Virus record (IMG/VR): IMGVR_UViG_3300037722_000252
Span: 1 to 58,942 of that record
Strand: one strand, 5' to 3'
DNA: 58,942 nt
From: a virus
Lineage: Duplodnaviria > Caudoviricetes
Position numbers and translations under genes: made by a program. Positions within the stretch are counted from its first letter, which is position 1. Each line of letters begins with the position of its first letter. Shown one piece after another: positions 57,918 through 58,942 of this stretch. Below the pieces are notes generated by a model, which worked only from the letters and a program-made list of their open reading frames with translations, had not been told where the DNA came from and did no database searches.

Positions 57918-58942
57918 GCTAGCCTGCACTCGGCCAACGAGACCACGCCCGGCAGGATTGCCACCTCACGCATCGGGTTGAGCCCATGACCACTCGTACC
58001 GTCGCTGCCGATATAGAGCCGCTCGGCGGCCCACGCGTCCGTGAACGGGACCGCGCTCGACGCTGCCGTGACCGTCTCCGTCGCTCCGTTGATCGACTGT
58101 CCGATCAGCACGGAGCCGTCGGTGTTGACGACTGCTCGGATCTCGTGCGGCAATCCGAACGTCGGGCCCACGCCGAGTGTCGCCGTCTGCGGACTTACCC
58201 CGTCGTCGTGCGTGATGCCGTAGCGGTTCGAGTTCTGCCGGATCGCGATTCTCGGGTCCGCGCCTGCCGTCGCGCTGCCGATCTTGAGCAGATGGCCCGA
58301 GGTCTCCAAGTAGGTGCCGAACTCGTAGAAGCGGAGGTAGATCGTGACGCCGCCGGCGGATACAATGTGGCGGGGGCTGAACTCGAAACCAGCGTACAGC
58401 GTATCCACGTTTCGGACCTCGGACGCATCCAGGATCGAATAGCTCGGCGCGAGCGCATCGAATACGTTGACCCGATACACGTCGATTGAGCCGGTCGCGG
58501 TGGCCGTCTCGGCCGGCCGGATCCGGACCTCGTTGGTGTTGGCGGCCGTAATTGCGGTCGCGAGCCCGTAGATCACCCAGTAGCCGTTGCCCGCGTAGCG
58601 CTTGCCGAGATACGTGCCCGTCGCTGCCGTGACCGTCGGCTCGCCGGCTGTCCAACCCGTGATCTGGAGACGGAGCCGCTGCGCCGCGGCGTTCGTGTCG
58701 AACACCTGCAAGAGTTGGTTGCCGGCGCTCGCCATCGTGCGCTCGCGTACCGTGAAGCTGAACGCCTTGACCGCGTCGCCGGTGAACGTTGGAGTACGCA
58801 CCACCCACTCATCGCCGGCCCCGTCGTCGTCCTCTACCGTGTAGGCCCCCGTTCCTCCGGCTGGGTCGTCGATCGAGCCAGTGACGACTGGTGTGCCGAC
58901 CGCCGACCACGCCGTCAGGTCGTCGGACGTGATGAGGTTCGT
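57914..58942 (-). CDS. C-terminal part of the tail-tip/spike protein starting at 762 (LamG/ConA-like C-terminus)
   Basis: Frame continuous through the terminal overlap. Confidence 0.8.
   Translation of the reverse strand, partial: TNLITSDDLTAWSAVGTPVVTGSIDDPAGGTGAYTVEDDDGAGDEWVVRTPTFTGDAVKAFSFTVRERTMASAGNQLLQVFDTNAAAQRLRLQITGWTAGEPTVTAATGTYLGKRYAGNGYWVIYGLATAITAANTNEVRIRPAETATATGSIDVYRVNVFDALAPSYSILDASEVRNVDTLYAGFEFSPRHIVSAGGVTIYLRFYEFGTYLETSGHLLKIGSATAGADPRIAIRQNSNRYGITHDDGVSPQTATLGVGPTFGLPHEIRAVVNTDGSVLIGQSINGATETVTAASSAVPFTDAWAAERLYIGSDGTSGHGLNPMREVAILPGVVSLAECRLA
58802..58942. repeat. Terminal overlap, copy 2
   Basis: Matches 1-141 with one mismatch. Confidence 0.97.

Noticed and set aside
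58802-58942. Biological direct terminal repeat
   Set aside because: Falls mid-gene and its length matches a common assembler k-mer overlap

Overview
Apparently complete, circularly permuted genome (58,801 bp plus a 141-bp end overlap) of a GC-rich temperate siphovirus. The host is probably diderm (u-spanin and lipoproteins); Gemmatimonadota is a tentative guess. Almost all genes are on the minus strand. In transcription order: Cro/Xis-like switch (41.4 kb); early operon (MT-A70 methylase, RecE/RecT-like pair, many small cassette-like genes, HNH, VRR-NUC, Xis and tyrosine integrase with a candidate attP, C5 methylase, replication initiator); terminase; a 6-gene glycan-modification block; portal, head, neck, tail, tape measure; tail-tip genes spanning the window junction; lysis; a second structural/fibre operon. 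The most unusual element is a 1.76-kb plus-strand cassette between 17-bp direct repeats inside the 5' end of the spanin gene. Its three genes are separated by two candidate self-cleaving ribozymes: a type II hammerhead with a variant core and a permuted twister. Other highlights: a lysis-embedded CPP-protein / multi-TM protein / pseudo-HisKA-holin trio, a peptide motif shared by the tape measure and prohead protease, a repeat-flanked orphan antitoxin, and three related late leader/terminator elements. All calls come from reading motifs by eye; no searches were run.
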